Positions 22,950-35,100 of a stretch of DNA of 35,416 nt are shown piece after piece. Position 1 is the stretch's first letter. Each line of letters starts with the position of its first letter. The translations under genes and the position numbers were made by a program. The DNA comes from Jimgerdemannia flammicorona. Taxonomy: Eukaryota. Location: positions 1 to 35,416 of the forward strand of contig RBNJ01000252.1 in the NCBI GenBank assembly GCA_003990765.1. Reading direction: 5' to 3'. The notes under the pieces are model-generated. The model saw only the letters and a list, made by a program, of their open reading frames with translations. It was not told where the DNA came from and did not search any database.

Positions 22950-24700
22950 CTATAGTTGATCTATATTTTCTGAGCATTGAGGTCAATGACAGCCTTGGCC
23001 TTATGAAGCCATTGATTGTCAATGAGAATATCATAGTTGGTGGTGCTTATAATAATTACATCTACTGGAATGATAGCTCCTTCTATCTTGATGGGGACTT
23101 CTTGGATCTTGCCTAGAGGGGTAGCTCATATGTCATCTGCTGTGACATAGACCATTTTGGTAGACTCTTCAATATCCCAGCCTAGGTGATCAATTGTCTT
23201 CTTACTCATGAGATATTCTCCAGCACAATATCAATAATGGCATCAAAGATACAATCTTCAATCTGATATAGAGTATAGGCTAATGTTTTGTACTTGTCTT
23301 CAGATTCTTTACTTGAGTCTTCTTGATCATCTTCTTGTACATTGTGAGCTTTTATGATCTTGTACTCTTAGTTCTTGACAGTGGTTGCAAGTATTACTCT
23401 CAACTACTATCTGAAGATAGAGACTTCAGCTAGTTGTCCAAAAATAGCATTGACCTTCTGTTTCTTAAGGTCCTTGTAGATATCATACTGGTGGATCTTG
23501 GTCTTGTACAGCTTTTGTTCTTGTTTTCACTTTCTTCTGAGACTAGAGTAGTGTCTTTAATAATTTGGTAGATAGCTTTATCTAACTCTATATCTTGATC
23601 AATCTCCTTAGATTGGGTCTTGCTTTGAATAGTAATAGCTGGGGTCTTCTTTGGTCTTCCAACTGGTTTGCTGTTGCCCTTTTTGTTATAGGGCTTAGAC
23701 CAGGTTCTGGTATCTTTAGTAATAGAGTAGAATTCAGGCTCTTCATAGTATTCTTCATCATCAGTATCACCAATCTCCTTGATGACTACTATATTGGTTT
23801 ATTCTCTAGTTCTAGTAGCATTACTTAGTTGGGCTTTATATTTTGTTTTAGTTATGCAACTCTTTGTATAGTGGCCTTCTTCTCCACATCTGAAGTATGT
23901 GATATTGCATTCTTCTATAGTAACTGCAAATATCTATACTGGTCTTCTGTTGGCACTTCAGACTTCTCTAACAATATTACCAAGGTGTATAGTCATCTCA
24001 GCAAACTGCTTGGTGAGTTCCTCTACTGGGTCAGCTTTGGCTGCCTTGAGGGTAGGTGGGGATAGTTATCTGTTTACAACTGTGGTGAGTATGATACTGG
24101 TTGACTTTGATGACTCTATCTTGATGACAGTTATTTTCTCTATTGAGTATTTGGCTGAGTGTCTGGCAGTTCAATATCTCTGTGCAAAGACCACTTTCTG
24201 ATCAAGAATCTGAGCAGCTGGAGTAGACCAGATTACTAGGACAATTTCAGAGTGAACTTCTTTGAGAAAGATTGAATCAGCTATTTGTTCCTTAAGGCAG
24301 TCATCATAGTTAGTCAAGACAATCTGGTATAGATTTAGGTGTAGAATGAGTTAGAATCTTCACTAAGTCTCTAGTAGATAGTATTGAGTTGATCCTTGAG
24401 AGCTTACTTGATCTCTTCAGTATAGTATATAGTTCTGAGGAAGTTCTTTATGTTGGCAAGTTTGGCTGCACCAGTATCAGCAATAGTGGCTATATTGAAC
24501 TTATCTCTGATAGGTCTTTTGAGGCTAACTGATAGAAGGGGCCAATTGTGCATCCATATTGAGGACTCATATGATAGCAAATTGTTCAAAGTCTTCAATG
24601 AAGATCAGGATTGACTCTTCAGTAATATATCTATAGAATGTGGAGGGGTATATTTTTATCTTATCTTGAATTCTTGCAGAGATGGCTCTTGTAATCAGGA
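22950..24700 (-). pseudogene. gag: Gypsy B gag and protease remnants
   Basis: Knuckle (C>Y)FRCGEEGHYTKSC at 23897-23856; DAIID near 23240; DILIDNQW (decayed DILIGNxW) near 23030. Confidence 0.75.
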
Positions 24701-24758
24701 TAGTTATTGTGGTAGTTGTTTATTTTTCAACTTGAAATTGAGGGATTCATCTTAAATT

Positions 24759-24776
24759 ACCAGCCAATAGGCACCA
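24759..24776 (-). promoter_or_regulatory. Gypsy B primer-binding site (tRNA not assigned)
   Basis: Minus-strand TGGTGCCTATTGGCTGGT begins 3 nt after the LTR-terminal CA. Confidence 0.7.
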
Positions 24777-24779
24777 AGT

Positions 24780-25685
24780 TGTCACATAGTAGTCACTGAG
24801 TTCTTCAAATATATCAGATTCTCTTCAAGATATATCTCTTAGACTAATCATAAGTTTGTTATAAGTAAGTTCTTATTAGAGTACCTTCCTAAGGTCTTAT
24901 AGTCCTCAAACTTCTTATCTTTAAACTGTCTTGTTATCTCTTAGATTACTTGTATGGAATTGAGAGTAAGTGAACTGGAACTGACTTTATTTCAAAGGAA
25001 ATAAGAGGGATATTTATATAAAATATAATTCAATGATTGCTAAGTTATAAAGCTAAATATAAATTCCAATAACTAAATAAAATACTGGAATACAGAAAAC
25101 TATGGTTGTAAGTACAAGTTCAAGTATCTGTACAAATGATTGCATAAGTTCAGGATGTCAGTAGATTTCAGTAGTATAGAAAAAGAGTGTCAGAAGAATT
25201 TCTGAGTTATATAAGATTAGAATACCAGAAGAATAACAGTTATACAGAAAAAGAATACTGATAGAATTCAGTGTTACCAAGAACTTAGAGCAGAATGTTT
25301 AGGATTATGGGGGCTTTATCTTTGTTACTGCTAAAGGAAATAAGATCCACAAATGTTTTGTCTGTTTCATATATGTCATACATTTTGCCTGCTTCATACA
25401 TATTATATAGGATGATGTCATCACTGATGATGTCATCACATTTGACAGCAGCAGGGGCTCTCCAATCTATGATATTCTCTTCCACAAAATAAGGAACAAA
25501 TATGGAGTCTTGGGGAGGTCTAATCTGGATGCTGGGGCCTTGGAATACTGAGATCAATCTTTGTAGAAATTGATCAGAATTGTCCTTAAGGATAGGATTC
25601 CAGAACTCTCTTATCTCATCACTATTGAGAGTGATAGTGGACTGGGCTTCTGTGACCACTATGACCTTCAGTGCATTGATATAGT
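24780..25685 (-). repeat. Gypsy B 5' LTR, truncated; contains the C-terminal half of the LTR ORF (25285-25685)
   Basis: Colinear with 17544-18440; identity stops abruptly after ttgatatagt. Confidence 0.9.
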
Positions 25686-25687
25686 GG

Positions 25688-26200
25688 TATAATAATTTCA
25701 CAGTTATATTTAGTCTTAGTATATTTTTGCATCTTTTAGTTAGTCTTTTCTTATTATTTCTTGAATATTCTACTATATTCCACTACCTTCTACTTATTTA
25801 GAAACCTTCTCTCAGAGCCCAGACATCACTAGAACATTCTTGTCTTTCCTTAGTGCCAAGTATCTTATCTTAGCTAGTTATGAAACCTTTCAGAACATTG
25901 TAGAATAGTATTAGTCAGCTTTGCCAAGAACCTATTTCTTGATATTTCTCTTTCTTTCCAAGATTTTTCTGGATCTTTCTTTCAGATCATATATAAATAT
26001 CCTTGTTCTCTGCCTGAATAAAGCTCAGAATATTTTCTCTCAGAAATCCTTCAAGAATACTTGAATCTTTAAGTATCTCTTTGAGCTACTTTAGACCAAC
26101 TAGAACTTCCAGATTAAGCCACTTTCTCTTAAAGAAACTAGAACTATTATACTTGATAGTAGTGGTGTCATTATATCTTACCTTATTAAGAAACCTCACA
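25688..26200 (+). repeat. Probable solo LTR of a third family (~510 bp)
   Basis: Begins tataata (decayed TGTAAC), ends cctcaca; TATAAATA at 25992 and AATAAA at 26017; no TSD seen. Confidence 0.5.
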
Positions 26201-26365
26201 CAAATTCGGAAACCAGTCACAACCAGTCTCATGAATCCAAAATGAGTTATAAAGAGTCAGCCTATCAGTCAGATCTCTCTAGAGAAGCAGGAGAACTACA
26301 AGCTAGTATAGAGGACATGATTAATGCTATGGCCCACCAAATCTAAGAACTTTAAGTACAATAAT

Positions 26366-26506
26366 ATGGCCAGAGATCATCTGGCTATTTCCACAATAAG
26401 TGTATCAGTTGAATGGATATTTTCTTGTGATAAGAAGTTTGTTATACTAAGGAGATACTCTCTTAAAGCTGAGACCATTTAAATATATATATGTTTGAAA
26501 TCCTGA
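26366..26506 (+). pseudogene. hAT transposase C-terminal dimerization-domain remnant
   Basis: MARDHLAISTISVSVEWIFSCDKKFVILRRYSLKAETI*IYICLKS* is a decayed form of MARDxLAIPATSVxVERxFS...RRxSL..ETI...MCLKSW. Confidence 0.85.
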
Positions 26507-26712
26507 TAAAGCTCAATATCCTGATTTCAGCTTATTGTAACTATACAACATTGGACAGAAGAATGTTTAAAGAAGTTGAACTAGTTTAGGGAATAATATA
26601 GAATTAATTTTTCAATAAATATATCTCAGATTTGATTTATTATCTGGGGGGGTCAGATATATAGCAAGAGGGATATTGTGCTTCCAACAATCCAGCATAT
26701 CTGTATCTGATA

Positions 26713-26838
26713 AGACACATTTAGTAAAGTACATCTGGTAAGGTATATCTAGTAAGACATATCTGATATAGCACATCTGGCCTAGTGAATCTGGTATATC
26801 ACATCTGACATAGTATATCTAGTATAGTATGTCTAGTA
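26713..26838 (+). repeat. Nine imperfect 14-bp tandem repeats, probable hAT subterminal array
   Basis: Consensus about (t/a)agcacatctggta, located 200 bp after the transposase end. Confidence 0.75.
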
Positions 26839-26868
26839 ATTGGGCACTTCTGGCAATTGCACATGTCA

Positions 26869-27285
26869 TTTTCCTGCTCCCTATTTCTCATAGCTCTACT
26901 CAAAAGACTGCCCATACTCTTTTCTTGAGATGTAGTGTATTCTCTGCACTTTTTTTTTCTTTTTTATAGAGTCTTTGCTCTTATTGTTTTATTTTCTAAC
27001 TCTCTAATTTCTTGCAGCTCATTTTCTACATGCCTTGCTACTCAAAAAGGCTATCTATGCTCCTTACTCAAGATACTGTTATAATCATTCTCTGCACTTT
27101 TTTTTTTTTTTTTTTTTTTTTTTGAGGTGCCTTTACTCTCCCTGCTTCATTCCTTTGCTCTCTCCAATTCTTGTAGCTCAAAAAAGACTCTGATTCTTGT
27201 AGCTTGTCTTCAATATACCTTACTACTTTTGAGATATATTGTGGACATTCTTTATGTTTTTTTTTTTTTTTTTTTTTTTTTGAGG
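26869..27285. repeat. Three ~157-bp units, each ending in a long T-run followed by gag
   Basis: ctcaaaa(a)gac/ggc...attctctgcac(T)n recurs, with T-runs ending near 26967, 27123 and 27281. Confidence 0.7.
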
Positions 27286-29900
27286 GACTATCCCAGAATA
27301 CAAGACTGAAGGAGCCATAATAATGGACCTTGTCAGCATCCAAGATGCTATCCTCAAACCACAGACTACTACTCTACTTGATATTAGAATTAAAGTCAAG
27401 TTACTAGAGAACTATGCTGGAATTATCAAGACCAGAAGTAGTCTGGCAAAGAGTGAAATCTCAGTTGAAGGCAATGTCATTGACTCTGATTATACTGGTG
27501 AGATCTTCCTTATATTCAGGAATCACAACCTCATCACCCTATTCAAAGTCAAAAAGCATGATAAGATTGGCCAGATGCTGATCTATAAAGTCAAAAAGCC
27601 TAAGATCACTGAAGCCATTGAACTCATCAAGATTAAGAGAGAAGAACAAGGCTTTGGATCTACTGGAAGAGGAGTCTATACTGCTACCAAGATTACTGAA
27701 CTCAAGTATAAGAAAGACAAGAACCAGAACAAGTATACATATATCATTGGAGAAAACTTTCCCCTAGAAGAACAACTTCTTAAGATTCTATATCAGAATA
27801 AAGGAGTACTTGTCACAGACTTTAGGAATATCTACAATCAAAAACTCAAGTACTACTATAAAGTTAATACCAGTGATACCAAGTCTATCTATCAGAAAGC
27901 CAGATCTATACCACCTATCTATAGAGAATAGCTATGAGCAGAACTCAAGAAAATAGAAGAAGCTAGTATCATCAAGCAAGCTATCAGTTCCTGGGCTTCA
28001 CCTATTGTCCTTGCTCCAAAGAAAGGAAGCAAGCCTGGAGAGTTTTCCCCAAGACTCTGCATTGATTATAAAAAGCTCAATGACCACATTATCAACATAG
28101 ATAAAGAGATATTTTCTAATTTCATTGCTGAAGACTCTATTCATCATTTACTGAAAACTTGCTGGGGCATTATACATTCCAAATGATATCTGTAAGTAGA
28201 TATAGGTGGTATCAGGTATAATGAAGGCTGATTTATCACTAGCATCTTGAGTGAGACTAATCTGATAGAAGTCTGAGAACAGATCCAAGGTAGTGTAGTA
28301 TTTGGCTTTGCTTCTAAGAGTAGTAAGGATCTTTTGAATATTTGGCAAGAGCTGCCTATTATATATATAGCTAGCCCTCAAGAAGCTCAAGAAGCATGGC
28401 CTCTATATTAAGTCTAAGAAGTACAAGTTTGTAGCTTAGGAAATCACCTATCTAGGACACATTATTAACCAGACTAGAATTCACATAGACTCTATGAAGA
28501 TTGAGGCTATTGTAGCCTACCCAAGACTCAGAACAACTATAGAAGTCTATGCCTTCCTTAGACTGGCCTTCTACTATAGAAGATTTATCAAAGGATACTC
28601 TAATATTGCAGTACCTATCTACAAGCTACTGAAGAAGAAGACAAAGTTTAAATAGATCAAGGAATATCAAGAAACCTTCAATGAACTCAAGACCAGGTTG
28701 ACCCAAGTACCTATCCTCAGAAGACCAGATTGGAACCTAGAGTTCATCCTGCAGACAGATGCAAGTACTATAGGACTTGGAGCAGTACTAGTTCAGAAGA
28801 AAGATGGACATAAATATATTATCTCCTATATAAGCCAAGGTACCTATGGAGCAGAACAGAACTATAAGTCATGCAAGTTTGAATGCTTAGCAGTAGTCTG
28901 GTCAGTAGATAAGTTCCACTACTACCTAGTCAGAAAACACTTCACTATTCAAACAGACTATTCTGCTCTCATCTGGCTATTCCACACTCTGAACCTCAAA
29001 GGAATATATGCTAGATAGATCTACAGACTGTAAGAGTATAACTGTACTATCAAACATTACTCAGAAAGAACCAATGTCAATGCTAATATACTTTCAAGGA
29101 TACTCTGAAACATCTCTATTAAGACTATTAAATATGAATAAGGAGCTATACTATAGATTAATCAGCTACCTTAGACAATGGAAGATGCCCAACCATCTTG
29201 AACCCTAGACTATTACCATCATCAACCAGACTTGAAAACAATTTGAACTAGATAACATTATACTCAGAAAAGGAGAAAAGCTCATCATATCTGAATATAA
29301 GAAGTATCAAGTAATGAAGGAAGTATACAAACAAGAATATTTAAGAGGAATCAATATATATAATAAGTTAAGAAGAACTACATAGTGGCCTAAGATGGAA
29401 GAAGACCTGTGCCAATTTATCAAAGGGTATGATAAGTATCAAAAACAGAAATAAGATCAGTAAGACCAGACATCTGAGTCTATAGAAATTGAGTCTATCC
29501 CCTTCCACTACATCACAATAGATATCATTGGACCACTATCAGTAACTCTATCAGGAAACCACTATATTATAGTTATTGTGAATCTCTTTACTAAATAGAT
29601 AGAAGCAGGAGCATTACAAGAAGCCAATGCTCTCTCTATTACTGACTTTCTGTACTAAAAAATTATCTGCTACTACAAGACATCAAGACAAATCACTACA
29701 GACTGCAGTATAGAATTTGTTAATAGATTCTATAAGATAATGTATCAGAAATAAAAGATTCAGTATATCAAAACTACTGTATATCACACTCAAACAGATA
29801 GAAAGAACCAACAAGACTCTCAAGAACATTCTGACCAAGATCTCAGATACATATGAGAATTGGAATAACTACCTCCCAACTGCCCACTCTGTCTTGCAAG
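27286..29900 (+). mobile_element. Internal fragment of a second Gypsy B copy (dUTPase-RT-RNase H-integrase), truncated at both ends, RT core inverted
   Basis: Reverse-complement match to ~19880-22540. ORF 27323-27931 is dUTPase and 28698-29018 is RNase H (LQTDAS, FECLAVVW). 28083-28359 is in the opposite orientation. Confidence 0.92.
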
Positions 29901-30328
29901 ATATTATAATATACCTGGCTCAATGGAGGCAAATTACAAGGTTGGGGGTTGATGTAGTTTGGCTTAAGCCCCTAGTTACTTTGTTAAAAGTAATAAAATG
30001 TTCTCAATTATCTTTCTTCAGTAATATTCTAGTTATACAATCTTTTGGCAACACTTTCAACATAGTTTCTGGAGAAAAGCTACTAGTGTCATAGTAACCA
30101 ATAAGTATTCTGAGGTGTGTACTGGGCAGGGTGGCCCAGGTGCATTCAACTGACAGTATGTGAGGAAGGGCCCTGGCTTGGGGGGAAGCATGAGGGGTCT
30201 GCTGGCAGGAGGATGTAGTAGGGGAGGGAGCAGTACTAGAGGTCAGGGGATAGGGAGGGCAAGCTTTGTAGATAAGGTGAAGAGAGGTCAGCAGAGAGCT
30301 GGAGGGCTGGCTTAGGAGAAGCAAGGAG

Positions 30329-32084
30329 ATGGTAAAGACTGCAGGGCAGCAGCCTCAAGGGGGAGTCTCTCTGAGGGGCCAGAGTAGTGGGACTGGTAGT
30401 ATAGGGGCTGAGAGAGTGACTACTGATGAGAGCATGATGGGTGATCAGGAAAATAATCTAGATGGGACTACTGATAGTGGACTAAGTAGTGGGAAAGATA
30501 TGAGGCCTAGAAATCTAGCAGATGGTGTAATGGGACTGGCAGTAGCACTATTACTCAAGAAGTTGATCTTGGAGTTTGTAGTCACCTTGTGCTTCTGGAG
30601 CTTAGTGGTGACAGTGAAAATGGTCCTGAGGCTGATTGCTAAGCAGGTGGCTGGAGTGGCATCTGTGAAGTTCCTGAAGAGACTGGAGAGAGTAGAGGTT
30701 GACTTTGAGGAGGCTGGACCATTAGAGGAGACTCTGAAGGTGAGGTTGACAGTTAGAGAGATGTGTGTTCCAATAGCATATTGCTTGAGGTGGAACCCCA
30801 GGGTAGTGCAATTGCTAGTAAAGGGGGTGCCCATAATGACCACTAAGGAGATAAGGAGGAGAGTTGTAGAAGTCATGGCTGAGTATAGTGAGGTGGTCAA
30901 TATTGGGTTCTAGATCTGAGAGAGGACCTCTTTCAAGACTAGAGATATTAATATTTGAATTTAGTTAGCAGGAAAGGAAGCTACTGGGAAGGCTAGGGAC
31001 TGGCCTTTAGTAGTAGTCTGGAGGGCTTTTTTGTGTAAGATGATGAGAGTGAAGGGGAGTGAGAAGGAGGAAGAAGATCTGCTGGAGGTACTGAAAGAGC
31101 TGAGCAGTACTGTAGAGTGGAGGGTTAAGGCTTAGAAGGTGTATGTCAAGTCAATACATTTGGAAGTAGTGGATAGAAAGAGGATTCAGATAGATAAGAG
31201 GTGGTGGAAAAGATCCCAAGAATGCAAGAGATAGAGAGAGCTGTTGGCAAAACTGGAAAGTAGAGCAAAGAAGGATACTGGTAGCATTGAAATTGTAAGG
31301 GGAGCCAAGGAGAGCATCTGGACCAGCAAGGATGGAGAGAATGCAGAGAAGGGGCCAGGAGGGGGAGAGGAGGTAAAGAAAAATAACTCTTATATAGATG
31401 GTACCTTTGAGATCTGAGAGCTATCTCTGACCCCCATACTGCTTATTAGATGAGGTCCAGCTTTAAGAGACAGGGTGGCAGAGGATGTGCCCATGCAGGG
31501 AGCCCAGAGTGAACACTTTGGAGTCCTGGAGGTGGCAAAGGGGGGGCAGGTGGTGGTAGTGGGTGAGGATGAACTGGTGGATATTAAGGAGGAGGAGTGA
31601 GATGAGACTGTGAGTATAGGGGCTGATATCTCAATGCTAGATGGAGGACTGCCAGCAACTCTCAGAGAGAAGGAGGTGGGAAATCTGCAAGATGATGAAC
31701 AACTTTGCAGCAGAGGAATTGAGAGAGATGGACCTATGAGTGATGAGTGATGAGTATTGGGCACATATCCTATATAGTGAGGAAGTAGTAGTAGTGCTGA
31801 AGGCAGAGATTCTTACAGTTTTTCTGGAGGAGGATGATAAGGAGAGAGAGGCTGGACTGGCAGTTGCTGCTAGTGAGAGGGCTGCTTTCTGTTGGGCAGA
31901 GCAGTATGGGCTACAGCTCTGGCAGGAGGCCTGCCTAGAATATCATGAGGAATTCGAGGAGAAGGAGGATGGGGAGCTCACTAAACTTCTGATTGGACTG
32001 GAGGCTAAGAGGACTGAAGAGAAGGCAGAAGCTACAGAATATGATCTGGACCTGGCTCAGAAGGAGATAAATATGAAGCAGTAG
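30329..32084 (+). pseudogene. LINE ORF1 remnant (RRM-like segment plus Glu-rich C-terminal region)
   Basis: VVQLLVKGVP...MAEYSEVVNI resembles L1/Tx1 ORF1 RRMs; lies directly upstream of ORF2. Confidence 0.55.
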
Positions 32085-32111
32085 AGGATTACTATTATAT
32101 ATTTTTTTCTT

Positions 32112-35100
32112 ATGAATAGTATAACCAACATTTTCTCTTTAAATGTGAATGGGCTCTGGGGTTCATTTCATCAACAGAACATTTTTTCTTGGCTAAAGAG
32201 ATTGGAGGCCAATCTCTTTCTTTTACAGGATATCAGGTATGAGGTTGATTTGGATAAACTGGAATGGATAAAGAAATGGAAAGGGGAGGCAGTTTGGAAG
32301 GACAAGGTTGGAATTCTGATCAGGAAGGGCAGAGGGGAGATTCAGGATGTACAGAACTGAGGAGACAGGCTGGTCTGGAGTGAGTGGATTCCCACTGGTC
32401 AGTAACCAGTTATGGTTGGATCCTGCTACTATCCTGCAGTGAGGGGTGAACAGATAGAGTGGGTAAAGGGTCTCTGAAAGGAAGGGACTCTGGTAGGAAC
32501 TGGAGTGGATATGCTTAGTAGAGACTTTAATATAGTCAGAGATGCACTATTAGATAGAACTGATGGAGGGTGGAGGGTGGAGGGAAAGAGTGGAGGTTTG
32601 GAGGCATGGGAGGAGGTAGAGAATATTCAGCAGAGGGTAGAGGGGTGAATAAGAGAATCAGCATTAGATGGATGAGGCTGAAGGAGGCTGCTAGAATCTA
32701 TTGGAAGAAGGCAGGTGTGGTAACTAGAAGACAGAGGAGGAAGAAGAGGGTGTAGGCCTCTGCTAGATTGATGAGGCTGTTGGAAGATTGGGCAGATTTA
32801 GTGACCCTGGAGGGGGTGGAGGATTGGAGGTGAGAAAGGAGGTTGTGGAGTTGCAACAGGTATTGTGAGAGGAGGAGGAAGTACAGGTGTAGAGTATGGC
32901 AGTACATCTCCATTGGCAGAGGCTGGAGGAAGGAGAGAGGTCCTCTAAGTTTCTCATGAGGGCCCTTCAGATAAGGAGAGTTCAGCAGAGGTGGGAGGGG
33001 GTTCTCGATTCTAAGAGAACATTAGTACATAGCATACAAGACATTCTCAGATTATTGAAGGAGTAGTGGAGTAGCTTGTGAAGTGAGAAGGAGGGTGGGG
33101 CAGAAGATGTCTCTATTGGTATTACCTTGGAGGATTGGCATCTGCCACAGGCAGAAGGACTGGGCAATCTGGTGATGCTGGTACAGGAGGAGGAGATTCA
33201 CCAGGTTCTTGTTACAACTATGTTGGGTACAGCACCAGGTGAGGATGGCCTGCCCTGGGCTTTCTGAAAGAAGATGGTGGATGTTCCTGATATACTGAGA
33301 GAGCTGAGGGCACTCTGTGACTTAGTACTACAGTCTGGGAGATGGGTAGAGGAGCAGGATCTAGGGCTGGTGATACTGCTGTATAAGAACAAGAGTAGGA
33401 GAGAGGACTGGAGGAACTGGAGGCCAATCATGTTACTGGACATAGACAGGAAGTTGATTACTAAGGTGGTAGTAGTGAGGCTGCAGAAGATGGCCCAGCA
33501 GGTCTTGGGGGTAGAGCAGTAGAGATTTGTCAGAGGCTGACTTATTCAGGATAGCATGGCTTAGATATAGAAGAGGCACAGATCTGTGGATTAGATGGGT
33601 GCCTGGTCTTTTTGGATCAGACAAAGGCATACAACCATGTTTGGAGAGTCTGGTTGGCAAAGGTACTAGACAGAATTGGAGTCTCTCATCAGTTTTGAGC
33701 AGTAATGGTCAGCCTACTAGAAGGGAGTAGGGCTGCACTCATGTGTAATGAGTATTGAGGGGGGGCTTTTCCTCTGGGTAGGGGTGTTCCCCAGGAGAAC
33801 CTGCTGTCTCCCATTTTGTATACACTCTTCTTGGAGCCCCTAATAGATAGGATTCAGTGGAAGATAGGAGGGCTTTCGATTTATAGTATTGAGTGGAAAG
33901 TTGGTACTTTTGCAGATAATATGGTAGTCAGTCTGGGTTTGATTGCCAATGTTGAGGAACTCAAGGAGACTGTGGAGTGGTATGAGGTACACTCTGGAGC
34001 TAAACTCAATTGGCACAAGTGTGAAACAATGGTGCTGGATAATGGCCTGGTAGGGGGGGAGGTTATTGGAACAATTGTCCCTACTAGAGAGGCAGTGAGG
34101 TACTTGGGCATCTATCTATCAGTATACAGGTCCATTCTTTCAAAACTCTGATAAGAGTAGCAGGTGATTATCTGGGGAGAGGCCCTGCAAAGCTGGAGAG
34201 GCTACCACTTGTCTCTGGCAGGGTATGTTTCCATCTTGAATACTTACTGGCTGCTGAAGTTATGGTACCTGGCATATCATCTGGACTTTCCAGCCTGGGT
34301 GGTGAAGAGACTACTGAAACTGGCCAAGGAGTGGATCTGGGCAGAGAGGAGGAGTCAGATTAGCCAAGAAATTTTGTCCCTACCAGTAACTAGTGGGGGA
34401 CTTGGGCTGGTTGACTTCCTGAAGAGGTTACACTGCCTGAGAGTATGGTGGCTGAAGAGAGCTGTTGAGCTGAGGGGAGGCAGCTGGGTTCTTCTAATGA
34501 AGAAGATCTGGGAGATGAGGTTCTTCCTGAGAGGATTTATAGAGATCTTCTGTCCTTGGTTGGGCTTCAGAATATTGAGTACATGCAGTTTAAGGGCTTC
34601 TGGTGAGGAGTTGCAGATGAGACACACTGTATTGGCATTCATTGGTAGAGAGATGAGAGAGAAAGGCCTTGGGGTCCAGTGATATAGAGATGGGACCAAG
34701 TGTTGCTGGAGGGTACTCCTCTTGGTAACTTTGATATTAGTGATGGAGTTGAAGGCCAGAGAGGGTTGGGCAGGATCTGTGGCCTAGTGGATGGCAGTTG
34801 GTAGGTATTGGTGAAGAGTGGGACTGGAACAGAATCTGGAACTAGAGTACTGAGGTTTGACAGTAGCTACCACTAAAGTATTGAGTGGTTTGGTGGTATA
34901 TATTGAGGAGGAATATTATGCTCAACTTTTGCTTTAACCACCTGGTGGAAGGGGGAACCTTTGATTGTGAGGAGTGCTATAATGTTGGACAGAAAGAGGG
35001 TTTTGTACAGATGCCTGAACATTGCTAGGGGAGTGCAAGGTGCTCAGTAACTTCTGGATAGCAGTTGGGAAGAGGTTAGATATCATACAGAGGGGGGATG

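Larger units (their letters stand above)
17544..25685 (-). mobile_element. Ty3/Gypsy element B with dUTPase and an LTR-encoded ORF; degenerate, 5' LTR truncated
   Basis: Direct repeats 17544-18440 and 24780-25685; minus-strand gag-PR-dUTPase-RT-RH-IN motifs; PBS and PPT. Confidence 0.93.

Noticed and set aside
26713..26838. CRISPR array (also considered for 5079-5322)
   Set aside because: Contiguous degenerate repeats without unique spacers, no cas genes, and a eukaryotic transposon context.
27068..27343. Poly-Lys and poly-Phe ORFs
   Set aside because: They are translations of the T-runs.
29905..29960. U1 snRNA 5' end (atacctggc) as a Tx1 target site
   Set aside because: Only about 8 nt match, and no U1 stem-loops or Sm site are recognisable.
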